From the NCBI GenBank assembly GCA_964519955.1, contig CAZFLM010000002.1, positions 8,822 through 72,821 on the forward strand: a DNA stretch of 64,000 nt, written 5' to 3'. The translations under genes and the position numbers were made by a program. The notes beneath the pieces were generated by a model. It searched no databases. It saw only the letters and a list, made by a program, of their open reading frames with translations, and was not told where the DNA came from. Shown here piece by piece: positions 33,299 through 42,690 of the stretch (position 1 is its first letter; each line of letters opens with the position of its first letter). The stretch is from an uncultured Chthonomonadaceae bacterium. Its GTDB lineage: Bacteria > Armatimonadota > Chthonomonadetes > Chthonomonadales > CAJBBX01.

Positions 33299-36187
33299 CT
33301 ACGGCTTGGCTGGCGGCGACGGTGAGGACGCCTGCAGTCTCCGCAGGGCGTCGCCCAACTCGTCCAGCGCCGCGTCGTAGTCCTTCTGCTTCGCCCTCGC
33401 CCGGTCGAACGCCGCGTTGGCCCGCCGGATGAGCTCCTCCCGGGAGCCGCCCGCCGGCTGCAGCGCCCCGGCGACCGCGGCGGACACTGCCTGCGTCGTG
33501 CCGCTGCCCGAAGCGCGCGCCGTGTCCGCGCTTCCTCCGAAGCTCCCTAGCGCCGCGATGGCCATCTCCAGGTTCGGCCGCATCAGGACCCGATCGCCGT
33601 TGGACACGATCACCTGGTTCACCTCGGGCAGCACCGACGCGGCGCCGCCGGCCTTCGCCTGAACGTACAGCGGCGCGGCATAGAGGACCGACTTGCCGAT
33701 CGGGATCGCCAGCAGGTTGCCGATGATGACGCTCGACCCGCGCTGGCCCAGCAGCGTCATCGTCTTGGAGATATCCTCTTGCGACTGGATCTGCGCCATG
33801 ACCTGGGCCGGCCCGTTCATCGGCGTCCCCTTCGGGAACCGGTACACCACGAGCTGGCCGTAGTCGTCCGGGTCGCACTTGGCGCACATCCAGGCCGAGA
33901 GCGTCGGTGTTCGGAGCGGCGTGTAGGGGGAGATCATCATGAACTCCTCGTCCTTCTCGCCGGGCAGCCGCATCACCAGGTAGTAGGGCTGCATCCGCAC
34001 GTTCTGGTCGGCGTTGCCCTCCGCGTCGAGCTGCGGCGTCGGGTCCTGCGGCACCTCCCACTGGTCCTCCTTGCCGTAGTACACCCGCGGATCGGAGATG
34101 TGATAGACCGTGTAGACGTCGCGCTGGATGCGGAACAGGTCCTCCGGGTAGCGCAGGTGCGCCCGCAGCGGCTGCGGCATCTTGTCCATCGCCGTGAACA
34201 GGCCGGGGAACACACGCATCCACGTCTTGACGATCGGATCGTCGGGCGCCGACACGTACATCGTGACCGTGCCGTCGTAGGCGTCGACCACCGCCTTGAC
34301 GCTGTTGCGGATGTAGTTGAAGCCCTGCTGGACGCCGTCGACGCCGGTGCCCGTGTAGGTCGGCTTCGAGTATGGGTACCGATCAGTCACCGTGTAGGCG
34401 TCCATCAGCCAGACCAGCTTGCCGCCCAGGACCACCAGGTACGGATCGTTGTCCCAGTTGAGGAAGGGCGCGAGCTTCTGCACCCGCTCGCGGATGTTGC
34501 GGCGATACAGGATGCGGCTCTCAGCCGTCAGGTCGCCCGAGAGCAGCAGGTTGGTGTCGCCGAGAAGAATGGACCACGCCATTCGCCTCAAGCCGCCGCC
34601 GAGCGCCGTTCCGCCCTCCCCGGCGTACCGCGTCTCGCGGTTGACGTTGCCCTCCTCCGGGTAGTCGAACTCGTCAGCCTTCGAGTTCACCATCACGTAG
34701 TCGTTCGTCAGCTCACCGTAGTAGATCTGCGGCCGATCGAGCTTCAGCTCCGGCTTCTCGCTGCGCACCGGGACGCCCTGCATGAAGTACTCCGGCATGC
34801 CGTCGGCGTCCACCCGGTTCACGGGGCTCATCACCGCGCCGTAGCCGTGTGTGTAGACCAGGCGCTCGTTCTGCCACGTCTGCGCCTGCTGCGGCAGCCC
34901 CTCCGTGAACATCTCGCGCGCCGCCAGCATGACCTGCCGGTACTCCCCGCCGAGGCGGTACCGGTCGATGTCGATGTTGTAGTTGCTGCTGGTCGTCGTG
35001 GCGGTCGCGGGAAGCTGGAACTGGTAGTAGGGCCGGATGACCTGCTTGATCGAGTAGACCGCGCCGAGCTGCGGCCAATCCCACAGCCGCACGTTGTCGA
35101 TGGTCGGCTTGTCGGCCGCCAGCTCCGCCGCGGTCAGGTTCACCGAGACGGGAACCGTCTGCTCCTTGATGTTGTCCAGCCCATAGGCCTTCCGAGTGAA
35201 CTCGATGTCCCGAGCGATGTACTCCTTCTCCGCGCCGAACTGGTTCGGCACGACCTGGAACTTCTGCACGAAGTTGGGCCAGACGCCCACGACCAGCCCC
35301 GAGCCCACCGCCCAAAGGGCGAGGCCCACCAGCGGCAAGCGGGGCGGATTGGCGCTGCGAAGGGCCATCAGGCAGAACGCGGCGGTCAGCAGCATCAGCA
35401 CTGTCTGGATGTTCTGGCCGGGCAGCCGGGCGTGCAGGTCCGTGTAGCCCGCGCCGAAGTAGGCCCCGTTCTCGGCCACCAGCAGATCGAAGCGCGCCAG
35501 GTAGTGCCCCCACGCAAACACGGCCGCGAAGGCAGCCCCGAGCATCAGCAGATGCCGCTGCGCGTGCAGCGGCAGGTTCAGCGCCTGCCCCTGGGCCAGG
35601 TCGGTGCCGCTCTGCACGAGGTACACCACGGCCGTGCCGATCGCGGTCGCGCCGAGCGTGAAGAGGAGCCAGCCCTGCAGGTAGGTCAGGAACGGCAGGC
35701 GGAACACGTAGAAGCCGACGTCCTGGTTGAACACCGGGTCGGCCTGCCCGAAGGTGCCCGCGTGGGTGAAGAGCAGGTACGAGGACCAGTGCGTGCTCGC
35801 GTTGCCGGCCACCAGGAACGCGACGATGAGCGCTCCGGCCAGCGCCAGCCACCCGATGCCCCGCTTGATGAACTCGATGATCTGCTCCTGCTCCGAGTTC
35901 AGCATGCGGACACCGCGCGCCGGCTTCTCGCTGCGGAGCGCGATCCAGAGGTTCAGGTAGGCGATGAGGAAGAACGAGAGGCCCATGCCGAAGAAGAGCA
36001 TCAGCCGGGTCTGGATCGTCGTCAGGTAGACGCTGGTTCGCTTCAGCTCGCCGAACCAGAGCCAGTCGGTGTAGAGCCGCACGATCGAGTAGCCGAAGAG
36101 CACCGCGATGACGACGACGGCGATGAACGCGTACCGCAGCACCTTCAGCCAGACCGGGGTGCGGGAGACGTTGGGGTGATCACTCAT
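33299..36187 (-). CDS. UPF0182 family large membrane protein
   Basis: The 962-aa N-terminal multi-TM region with YTDWLWFGELKRTSVY is characteristic of UPF0182/COG1615. GAGGGAG lies upstream. Confidence 0.88.
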   Translation of the reverse strand: MSDHPNVSRTPVWLKVLRYAFIAVVVIAVLFGYSIVRLYTDWLWFGELKRTSVYLTTIQTRLMLFFGMGLSFFLIAYLNLWIALRSEKPARGVRMLNSEQEQIIEFIKRGIGWLALAGALIVAFLVAGNASTHWSSYLLFTHAGTFGQADPVFNQDVGFYVFRLPFLTYLQGWLLFTLGATAIGTAVVYLVQSGTDLAQGQALNLPLHAQRHLLMLGAAFAAVFAWGHYLARFDLLVAENGAYFGAGYTDLHARLPGQNIQTVLMLLTAAFCLMALRSANPPRLPLVGLALWAVGSGLVVGVWPNFVQKFQVVPNQFGAEKEYIARDIEFTRKAYGLDNIKEQTVPVSVNLTAAELAADKPTIDNVRLWDWPQLGAVYSIKQVIRPYYQFQLPATATTTSSNYNIDIDRYRLGGEYRQVMLAAREMFTEGLPQQAQTWQNERLVYTHGYGAVMSPVNRVDADGMPEYFMQGVPVRSEKPELKLDRPQIYYGELTNDYVMVNSKADEFDYPEEGNVNRETRYAGEGGTALGGGLRRMAWSILLGDTNLLLSGDLTAESRILYRRNIRERVQKLAPFLNWDNDPYLVVLGGKLVWLMDAYTVTDRYPYSKPTYTGTGVDGVQQGFNYIRNSVKAVVDAYDGTVTMYVSAPDDPIVKTWMRVFPGLFTAMDKMPQPLRAHLRYPEDLFRIQRDVYTVYHISDPRVYYGKEDQWEVPQDPTPQLDAEGNADQNVRMQPYYLVMRLPGEKDEEFMMISPYTPLRTPTLSAWMCAKCDPDDYGQLVVYRFPKGTPMNGPAQVMAQIQSQEDISKTMTLLGQRGSSVIIGNLLAIPIGKSVLYAAPLYVQAKAGGAASVLPEVNQVIVSNGDRVLMRPNLEMAIAALGSFGGSADTARASGSGTTQAVSAAVAGALQPAGGSREELIRRANAAFDRARAKQKDYDAALDELGDALRRLQASSPSPPAKP

Positions 36188-36386
36188 GACAGGGGACTCC
36201 CTCGCGGCGAGACGTGCCGCATGGCTGGGCCAACGCGGGCGATTCTACCACAGGCCGAGTTGAACGCCGCGCCATAGGGTTGACGAACCGGAGTGCGGCC
36301 AGTTTCACTTTGCGCGACGGATGGCGCTCCGAGCGAGTAGAATGAGTAGACTGGCACCGCAGCCGAACGCGCGAAAGGACCCCGTC

Positions 36387-37265
36387 TTGCCGCTCGCAAA
36401 CACCGCCGACATGCTTCGGCTGGCCCGCACGCAGGGCTACGCCGTCCCGGGCTTCGAACCGTACGCTCTCGACCAACTCCAGGCGACCGCCGAAGCCGCC
36501 GAAGAGGAGAAGGCGCCCATCATCCTCCAGCTCTGGTCGGAGGTGATGGAGACCTGGGGCATCACCACTATCTCGAAGCTGTGCCTGGACATCGCGGCCC
36601 AGAGCAGCGTGCCCATGTCGCTGCACCTGGACCACTGCATCGACGAGGACCTGGTGTACGCCTCCCTCGACAACGGGTTCACGAGCGTGATGTACGACGG
36701 CTCGCGCCTACCCTACGAGGAGAACGTGAAGATCACGGCGCGCGTCGTCGAGCGGGCACGCTCCTACGGCGCGGCGGTCGAGGCGGAACTGGGCCTCATC
36801 CGCTCGATGGACGACTACGCTTCGGCCGAGGAGGCCCTGGCGGAGCTGCCGAACCTGCTGACGCCGCCCGAGCAAGCTGACGACTTCGTGAAGCGGACGG
36901 GCATCGATATCCTGGCGCCCGCCATCGGCTCCATCCACGGCTGCAAGCTGCCCCTCGCCCGCCTGGACATCCCGCGCGTGGAGGCCATCGCCGCCATCAC
37001 GGGCCTGCCCCTGGCGCTGCACGGCGGCTCCGGAGTGAGCGCGGACCAGATCCAGGCGGCCATCGGCGCGGGCGTGGCGAAGGTGAACATCGACGCCGAG
37101 GTGCGCACCATCTACATCCAGGCCCTGCGCGACGGCAGCCAGGCCGTCGGCTCCTACTCCACTGACAACTTCGACCTGGCCCGCTTCCCCCGCGCCGTGA
37201 AGGCGGCGGTGCGCGAGGCGGTGCGAGGCCGCATCCGCATGTGCGGCGCCAACGGTCGGGCGTAG
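36387..37265 (+). CDS. Class II ketose/fructose-bisphosphate aldolase family protein
   Basis: LHLDHC, AIGSIHG and LALHGGSG are class II aldolase Zn/phosphate motifs. The track ORF starts at ATG 36321. I favour TTG 36387 (AAAGGA 7 nt upstream), giving MPLANTADML as in family members. The start is uncertain. Confidence 0.85.
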   Translation: MPLANTADMLRLARTQGYAVPGFEPYALDQLQATAEAAEEEKAPIILQLWSEVMETWGITTISKLCLDIAAQSSVPMSLHLDHCIDEDLVYASLDNGFTSVMYDGSRLPYEENVKITARVVERARSYGAAVEAELGLIRSMDDYASAEEALAELPNLLTPPEQADDFVKRTGIDILAPAIGSIHGCKLPLARLDIPRVEAIAAITGLPLALHGGSGVSADQIQAAIGAGVAKVNIDAEVRTIYIQALRDGSQAVGSYSTDNFDLARFPRAVKAAVREAVRGRIRMCGANGRA

Positions 37266-37311
37266 GCATCAGTCGCCGTGGTGGGATGGGCCTCCGCGCC
37301 CGTCCGGTAAT

Positions 37312-37346
37312 GCGCTGCCCGGCCGCGGTCATCGTGGCCGGGCAGC
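37312..37346. terminator. Hairpin between convergent genes
   Basis: CGCTGCCCGGCC-11 nt-GGCCGGGCAGCG. Confidence 0.65.
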
Positions 37347-37387
37347 GTGCTGTCAACCCCGGGGCCCACGAACACTCAACCTCGTCC

Positions 37388-37717
37388 CTATATCCCCTTC
37401 TCCGGCACGGGGCTCCAGCCGTCGAAGGCGCAGCCGTACTCGGCGGCGGTGTTGGACATCCACTTCACCCATTCGAGGAGGAACTCGGGGGAGACGGGGC
37501 GGGGGCGCGTCGAACCCACCACGGACCACTACCTAGCGAAGAGGCGGCTGCGCGAGCTGCGCCGCACCTCCACGTCGTGGTCCTGGGCGAGGTCCGCCCG
37601 TAGCGCCTGGGCACGGTCGAGTTTCGAGGTATGGAAGACGAAGCTGAGGCGAACCGGCAGGCCGGCCTCGGCGTCGTGCGCGCCGGCGGAGTGGGCCGAC
37701 AGCAGCAGCGCGTGCAT
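37388..37717 (-). pseudogene. RraB-like (regulator of ribonuclease activity B family) gene interrupted by one in-frame TAG
   Basis: ATG 37717 has AGGAG upstream. MHALLLSAHSAGAHDAEAGLPVRLSFVFHTSKLDRAQALRADLAQDHDVEVRRSSRSRLFAR-TAG(37531-37529)-WSVVGSTRPRPVSPEFLLEWVKWMSNTAAEYGCAFDGWSPVPEKGI, with the stop at 37390-37388. Both halves are in one frame and together resemble one RraB domain ending in (Y/F)DGW. Confidence 0.7.
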
Positions 37718-37999
37718 TTGGACGCTCCTCATCGTGCGGCGCTCCGATACCGGGGGTGTAGGAAGCGACGTTGTGACGACACGTCAGTGCGCGACAGCCT
37801 GACAGTCAGATGGGTCCAACGGAAGGGGGTATCCGGTGATGCGGCACCGGAACTGCCGCCGCGATTCACCGCACCGGCGCCCGATTCCTTTGGCATTGCG
37901 CAGCGGCTCGCGCAGGAATCCGCGCGCCGGTGCCCCCAGGTATAATGCACAGTCTGCGGCGCCCGACGCCGCATCGCATCCATCCTCCAGGAGTGATCG

Positions 38000-38494
38000 A
38001 TGAAGCGCATCGCACTGGTCGTGTCGTGCCTCGCCCTGCTGATGGCGCTGTCCGCCGCGGCCTTCGCCGAGCCCGTTCCCAAGGATATCCAGGCACTCTA
38101 CGCGAAGTTCGGCGCCGCGACGGAGAAGAAGGATCTTGCGGCACTTGGGAAGCTCGTCACCCCGGACTTCGTAGTGGTAACGGAGAAGGGCAAGATGCAG
38201 ACGCTGGAACAGGTGAAGCAGACGCTGCAGTTCCAGTTGGCCATCCTGCAGAACCTGCGCTCGAAGTACACGGTGGCCAAGGCCACGGTCAAGGGCAAGA
38301 CTGCCTCGGCCACGACCCAGAGCACCATGAGCGGCGAGATCAAGAACGCGAAGACCAACGTCGTGCAGAAGGTCAAGGTGACGGCCAAGAGCCAGGACAC
38401 GCTCCTCAAGACCGCCGAGGGATGGAAGCTGAAGAAGCTCGTGGTGCTCGCCCAGACCGCCACCATCGACGGCAAGCCGATCCAGGGGATGTAG
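38000..38494 (+). CDS. Secreted NTF2-like (DUF4440/SnoaL-type) protein, paralog 1
   Basis: Signal peptide, then IQALYAKFGAATEKKDLAALGKLVTPDFVVV...AEGWKLKK. AGGAG lies upstream. Confidence 0.82.
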   Translation: MKRIALVVSCLALLMALSAAAFAEPVPKDIQALYAKFGAATEKKDLAALGKLVTPDFVVVTEKGKMQTLEQVKQTLQFQLAILQNLRSKYTVAKATVKGKTASATTQSTMSGEIKNAKTNVVQKVKVTAKSQDTLLKTAEGWKLKKLVVLAQTATIDGKPIQGM

Positions 38495-38558
38495 TCGAGC
38501 CGCTCAGCCTAGGGTGAGCCCGCCGACAGCGAGCACAAGTACCATCAAGGAGTCTCCA

Positions 38559-39053
38559 ATGAAGCGCACCGCACTGGTCGTGACGTGTATTGCCCTGCTC
38601 GTGGCGCTGTCCGCTTCGGCAGGGGCCCAGGCCGTTCCCAAGGACATCCAGGCCTTCTACGCCAAGTGCGCCCAAGCGATGCAGAAGCGGGACGGCGCCG
38701 CACTGGCCAAGCAGTTCGCGCCGAACATCGTCTCCGTCGACCAGAAGGGTCGCACCACCAAGGGCGCCGCCGTAGCCCAGGAGATGTCGGTGGCGCTCTC
38801 CATGATGACGGAGGTCAGCGCTAAGTTCACCATCGTGTCGGCGGTAGTCAAGGGCGACCGCGCCACCGTGGTGAACGATGCCGTCTTCGGTGGCAAGCTC
38901 AAGAACCCGCAGACCGGCAAGACGATGGTGCTCAAGACCTTGCAGCGCTGCAAGGACGTGCTGGTCAAGACCGCCAAGGGCTGGCTGATGGAGAAGACCA
39001 CCACGCTGAAGGACACGTCGACCATCGACGGCAAGCCGGTGCCTGGCGCCTAA
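38559..39053 (+). CDS. Secreted NTF2-like (DUF4440/SnoaL-type) protein, paralog 2
   Basis: Same architecture as 38000..38494 ([31 protein letters not shown]...AKGWLMEK...TIDGKP). Start trimmed to ATG 38559. Confidence 0.82.
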   Translation: MKRTALVVTCIALLVALSASAGAQAVPKDIQAFYAKCAQAMQKRDGAALAKQFAPNIVSVDQKGRTTKGAAVAQEMSVALSMMTEVSAKFTIVSAVVKGDRATVVNDAVFGGKLKNPQTGKTMVLKTLQRCKDVLVKTAKGWLMEKTTTLKDTSTIDGKPVPGA

Positions 39054-39147
39054 CCTGCCCGGCAGCCCCCAGAGCGACCCCTGGCCGGAGCGCCTCCGCA
39101 CCCTCCGGCCAGCGCCGTCTGTCCCTCCAGCAACCTCGGAGCCGCGC

Positions 39148-40020
39148 ATGAGCATCCTGATCGACGGATCGACCCGCGTCCTGGTCCAGGGCATCACTGG
39201 GCGCGAAGGGGCCTTCCACACGGCCCAGATGGTCGCGTACGGATCGAACGTGGTCGCAGGGGTGACCCCCGGCAAGGGCGGCACGCGCGACGACAACGGC
39301 GTGCCCATCTTCAACACGGTGGCCGAAGCCGTCCGCGCGACGGAAGCCGATGCGTCCATCGTGTTCGTGCCGGCCCGATTCGCGCCGGACGCCATCCTCG
39401 AAGCGAAGGACGCCGGCATCGCGCTCATCGTCGCGATCACGGAAGGCATCCCCACGCGCGACATGATGGACGTCGTGCGCCACGTGAAGATCGCCGGCAG
39501 CCGCCTCCTCGGCCCCAACACCGCCGGCATCATCACGCCCGGCGCCTGCAAGATGGGCATCATGCCCTCCGACACCTTTGCCCCCGGCCCGGTCGGGCTC
39601 ATCTCGCGCTCCGGCACGCTCACCTACGAGATCGTCGACGAGCTGACCCGCGCCGGCCTCGGCCAGTCGACGTGCGCCGGCATCGGCGGCGACCCGATCA
39701 TCGGCACCACGTTCATCGACCTGCTGCCGATGTTCGAGGCGGACCCCGCGACGAAGGCGGTCGTCATGGTCGGCGAGATCGGCGGGGCGGACGAAGAGAA
39801 CGCGGCCGAGTACATCCCTGAGATGACCAAGCCGGTCATCGGCTTCATCGGCGGGCGCACCGCGCCTCCAGGCAAACGTATGGGTCACGCAGGGGCCATC
39901 ATCAGCGGGAAGACGGGAACCGCTCAGGCCAAAGTCGAAGCGCTGGAGCGCGCGGGCGTTCCCATCGCCGAGACCACCCACGACATCCCCGCACTCGTCA
40001 AGCGCGCCCTCGGGAGCTGA
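39148..40020 (+). CDS. sucD: Succinyl-CoA synthetase alpha subunit
   Basis: [21 protein letters not shown] and GHAGAI (phosphohistidine loop) make a canonical SucD. Confidence 0.95.
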   Translation: MSILIDGSTRVLVQGITGREGAFHTAQMVAYGSNVVAGVTPGKGGTRDDNGVPIFNTVAEAVRATEADASIVFVPARFAPDAILEAKDAGIALIVAITEGIPTRDMMDVVRHVKIAGSRLLGPNTAGIITPGACKMGIMPSDTFAPGPVGLISRSGTLTYEIVDELTRAGLGQSTCAGIGGDPIIGTTFIDLLPMFEADPATKAVVMVGEIGGADEENAAEYIPEMTKPVIGFIGGRTAPPGKRMGHAGAIISGKTGTAQAKVEALERAGVPIAETTHDIPALVKRALGS

Positions 40021-40025
40021 GGAAC

Positions 40026-41042
40026 ATGAGCACCTATTTGACCGACAAGAAGGTCGCCGTCGTCGGCGCCGCCGGTTTCATCGGGTCGAACCTCGTCCAG
40101 GACCTGCTGGCCACGCGAACCGCCAACCACATCGCGATGTACGACCCGTACGCTCCCGGGCTAGAGGGCGCGGCCGAGGAGATCTACCACTGCGCCTACC
40201 CGGACGCCTGCGTCACCTGGACCACCGACCCGGCCGAGGCGCTTGCCGGCGCGTCCTACATCATCTCGTCGGGAGGCGCCCCGCGCAAGGAGGGCATGAC
40301 CCGCGAGGACCTGCTGCGCGGCAACTGCGAGATCGCGAAGGGCCTGGGCGAGTCGATCAAGGCCCACGCGCCGAACGCCGAACTCGTGGTGATCATCTTC
40401 AACCCGGCCGACATCACCGGCCTGACCACCCTCGTCTACTCGGGCCTGAAGCCCGGCTGCGTGACCACCCTCGCGGCGCTCGACAGCACGCGCCTGCGCA
40501 CGCGCCTCGCGCAGCACTTCGGCGTCGCGCATCAGGAGGTGACCGGCTGCGCCACCTACGGTGGGCACGGCGAGACGATGGCGGTCTTCAAGAGCAGCAC
40601 CGCGATCGCCGGCGTTAAGCTGACCGACATCCTGGCGGGCGCGACGGTCAACGGGAAGGGCATGACCGCCGACGAGTGGACCGCCGTGCAGGAGCACGTG
40701 CGCACCGGCGGCGCCCGCATCATCAAGCTGCGCGGGCGCTCCTCGTTCCAGTCGCCCTCCCACCAGAGCGTCGAGATGGTCCGCAGCCGCATCCAGGGCG
40801 GCGCGCACCCGTGGCCGTGCGGCGCGTACTTCGGCTCCGGCCCCTTCGCGAACGTGATGATGGCCGCCGACGCGACGTTCGGCCCCGATGGCCTGGTCGG
40901 CTCGGTGCCGGCGGGCGACGACGAGGACATGGCCGCCCTGCGCAAGAGCTACGAGCACCTGACGAAGCTGCGCGACGAGGTCATCGCCGCGGGCGTCCTG
41001 CCGCCGGTCAATGAGTGGAAGACGCTGAACCCGAACCTGTAG
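40026..41042 (+). CDS. Malate/lactate dehydrogenase family protein (MDH-like)
   Basis: VAVVGAAGFIGS (Rossmann), GGAPRKEGMTREDLL, NPAD and GGHGETM. It starts 5 nt after the sucD stop. Confidence 0.85.
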   Translation: MSTYLTDKKVAVVGAAGFIGSNLVQDLLATRTANHIAMYDPYAPGLEGAAEEIYHCAYPDACVTWTTDPAEALAGASYIISSGGAPRKEGMTREDLLRGNCEIAKGLGESIKAHAPNAELVVIIFNPADITGLTTLVYSGLKPGCVTTLAALDSTRLRTRLAQHFGVAHQEVTGCATYGGHGETMAVFKSSTAIAGVKLTDILAGATVNGKGMTADEWTAVQEHVRTGGARIIKLRGRSSFQSPSHQSVEMVRSRIQGGAHPWPCGAYFGSGPFANVMMAADATFGPDGLVGSVPAGDDEDMAALRKSYEHLTKLRDEVIAAGVLPPVNEWKTLNPNL

Positions 41043-41049
41043 AAAGGCG

Positions 41050-41132
41050 GGGGATGGGGGTTGGGGACTGGGGGCTGGCTCCTACTACGGCCCCGCTGGC
41101 CAGCCATCCCCCAGCCCGCAACCCCCATCCCC
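41050..41132 (+). terminator. Long G-arm/C-arm hairpin after the MDH-like gene
   Basis: GGGGATGGGGGTTG (41050-41063) pairs with CAACCCCCATCCCC (41119-41132). There is further imperfect inner pairing (GGGGCTGG/CCAGCC). Confidence 0.6.
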
Positions 41133-41149
41133 TGTAGTTAGGAGAGACC

Positions 41150-41938
41150 ATGCCCCTGGCCGATATCGAGCTGGTGAAGTCCGTTGTGGTGGAGGCCGGC
41201 AAGGCCGCCCTGGCGCGCTGGGGCACCGTTGGCGCGGAGATCAAGACGGACACCACGCTGGTGACCGCCGTCGACCGCGACACGGAGCGGTTCATCGAGG
41301 GCGCGCTGTCGCAGAGGTATCCGGACTACGCCTTCGTCGGCGAGGAGTACGGCTGGCGCGGCGAGCGCGACGTTCCCGTGTGGGCATGCGACCCCATCGA
41401 CGGCACGACGAACTACGTCTACGGCCTGCCGCACTGGTGCGTCTCGGTGGGGCTCATCCACGAGGGCGTCTCGCAGCTCGGGGCGCTCTACCTGCCGGTG
41501 ACCGACGAGTTGTTCTGGGCGGTGCGCGGCGAGGGAGCGTTCCGCAACGGGGAGCGCATCCACGCGACCGACCGGGAGTGCATGGGCTCCGAAGACCCCA
41601 TCTGCTTCACGAGCAACGCCTCGAAGACCCTCAGTACGGAGGCCATCCTGGGGCGCGTGCGCTGCCTCGGGAGCATCGCCTCGGAGCTGGCCTACACGGC
41701 TCGCGGCAACCTGGTGGCGACGATCGGGCTGAGCGAGGGCATCGTGGACATCGGCGCGGCCCTGTGCATCTGCTCCGAGGCCGGCTGCGACTTCCGCTAC
41801 CTCGAAGGCCCGGCGGTCGACCTCGAGGAGCTGCTGCGGGTGAAGCGCACCACCAAGCACTTCGTCTACGCCCCGCCGAAGCTCGCGGCGTTCCTCCAGC
41901 AGCACCTGCGCGTCCGCGCCGAGCTGCCCGCATCGTAG
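41150..41938 (+). CDS. Inositol monophosphatase family protein
   Basis: FVGEE and WACDPIDGTTNY are IMPase metal-binding motifs. AGGAGAG lies upstream. Confidence 0.9.
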   Translation: MPLADIELVKSVVVEAGKAALARWGTVGAEIKTDTTLVTAVDRDTERFIEGALSQRYPDYAFVGEEYGWRGERDVPVWACDPIDGTTNYVYGLPHWCVSVGLIHEGVSQLGALYLPVTDELFWAVRGEGAFRNGERIHATDRECMGSEDPICFTSNASKTLSTEAILGRVRCLGSIASELAYTARGNLVATIGLSEGIVDIGAALCICSEAGCDFRYLEGPAVDLEELLRVKRTTKHFVYAPPKLAAFLQQHLRVRAELPAS

Positions 41939-42157
41939 CGACCGGGGCCTTCTGAGCGTGGCGCCGCCGGCCCCGCAAAAATGCTGTGTGTTTCCTAGGA
42001 GGAAGAATGCTCGCTAGCTAGAACTGGTTGTACAATGTAGTCAGGCTAATGCAGGCATTGTCGTGCGGAAGCAGCGTTCACCACGCCGCGCGCAGACATG
42101 ACCCGTTGCGTTCGGCTTGGGACTCGCTGGGGCGATCGAGACGCCGGGAGGTAAGCG

Positions 42158-42436
42158 ATGGTCCAGGCTGATCCTGTGCAAGAGGTACGGCCCGAGCACG
42201 GCGGACGCGGGTGGCACGGCGACCCCGAAGGCCATGCCCAGGCCGGGCGCAAGGGCGGCGCCAAAGTGGCGGTCAACCGCTCGCACATGTCCGAGATCGG
42301 GCGCAGAGGCGGCGCGAAGGTAGCCGTCGATCGCGCGCATATGGCCGAGATCGGGCGCAAGGGAGGCGTGAAGGTCTCCAGCAATCGGGAGCACATGGCC
42401 CAGATCGGCCGCAAGGGCGGCGAGAGCAGAGCCTGA
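42158..42436 (+). CDS. KGG-repeat general stress protein (YciG/Con-10-like)
   Basis: GWHGDPEGHAQAGRKGG followed by repeated IGR(K/R)GG units. GGGAGG lies upstream. Confidence 0.9.
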   Translation: MVQADPVQEVRPEHGGRGWHGDPEGHAQAGRKGGAKVAVNRSHMSEIGRRGGAKVAVDRAHMAEIGRKGGVKVSSNREHMAQIGRKGGESRA

Positions 42437-42450
42437 CCGCACTTATCATT

Positions 42451-42482
42451 GGGACCTGCCCGACTGCTCACGGGCAGGTCCC
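42451..42482 (+). terminator. Perfect 12-bp hairpin after the KGG gene
   Basis: GGGACCTGCCCG-actgctca-CGGGCAGGTCCC. Confidence 0.7.
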
Positions 42483-42507
42483 GCTGTCTCTCCGGGAACA
42501 GGCCGCT

Positions 42508-42690
42508 GTGACCGACGCCGGAAGATGCCGCAGAGCCGTCCTGCTGTTCCTATCCCTCGTTGTCGCCACCGCCCTACCGGCCTCTGCTGCCCCGAAGACC
42601 CTCAACGGCGAAACCGCCCTCACGCTCGCGCGCAGGGTCGGCTACGCTGCCATCGCCGAGATGCTGCGGGAGGTCGGAGCGACGCAGTGA
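42508..42690 (+). CDS. Possible small secreted single-ankyrin-repeat protein (GTG start)
   Basis: VTDAGRCRRAVLLFLSLVVATALPASA is signal-like. NGETALTLARRVGYAAIAEMLREVGA matches the ankyrin repeat pattern. It is the first start codon after the upstream terminator. Confidence 0.45.
   Translation: MTDAGRCRRAVLLFLSLVVATALPASAAPKTLNGETALTLARRVGYAAIAEMLREVGATQ

Noticed and set aside
37529-37531. Genome-wide reassignment of TAG (for example a pyrrolysine-type or sense codon)
   Set aside because: TAG terminates many well-supported genes in this window at the expected protein ends. No pyl genes are visible.
42007-42031. Four-codon mini-ORF (ATG CTC GCT AGC TAG) with a perfect AGGAGG 4 nt upstream, in the AT-richer region before the KGG gene
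   Set aside because: It is too short to support from sequence alone and could be chance. It is noted only as a possible leader-peptide or upstream regulatory element.
42211-42690. 159-aa ORF overlapping the KGG stress gene in another frame
   Set aside because: Only its last 60 codons, after the terminator hairpin, look like a protein (signal peptide plus ankyrin repeat). The rest is an out-of-frame shadow of the KGG gene.
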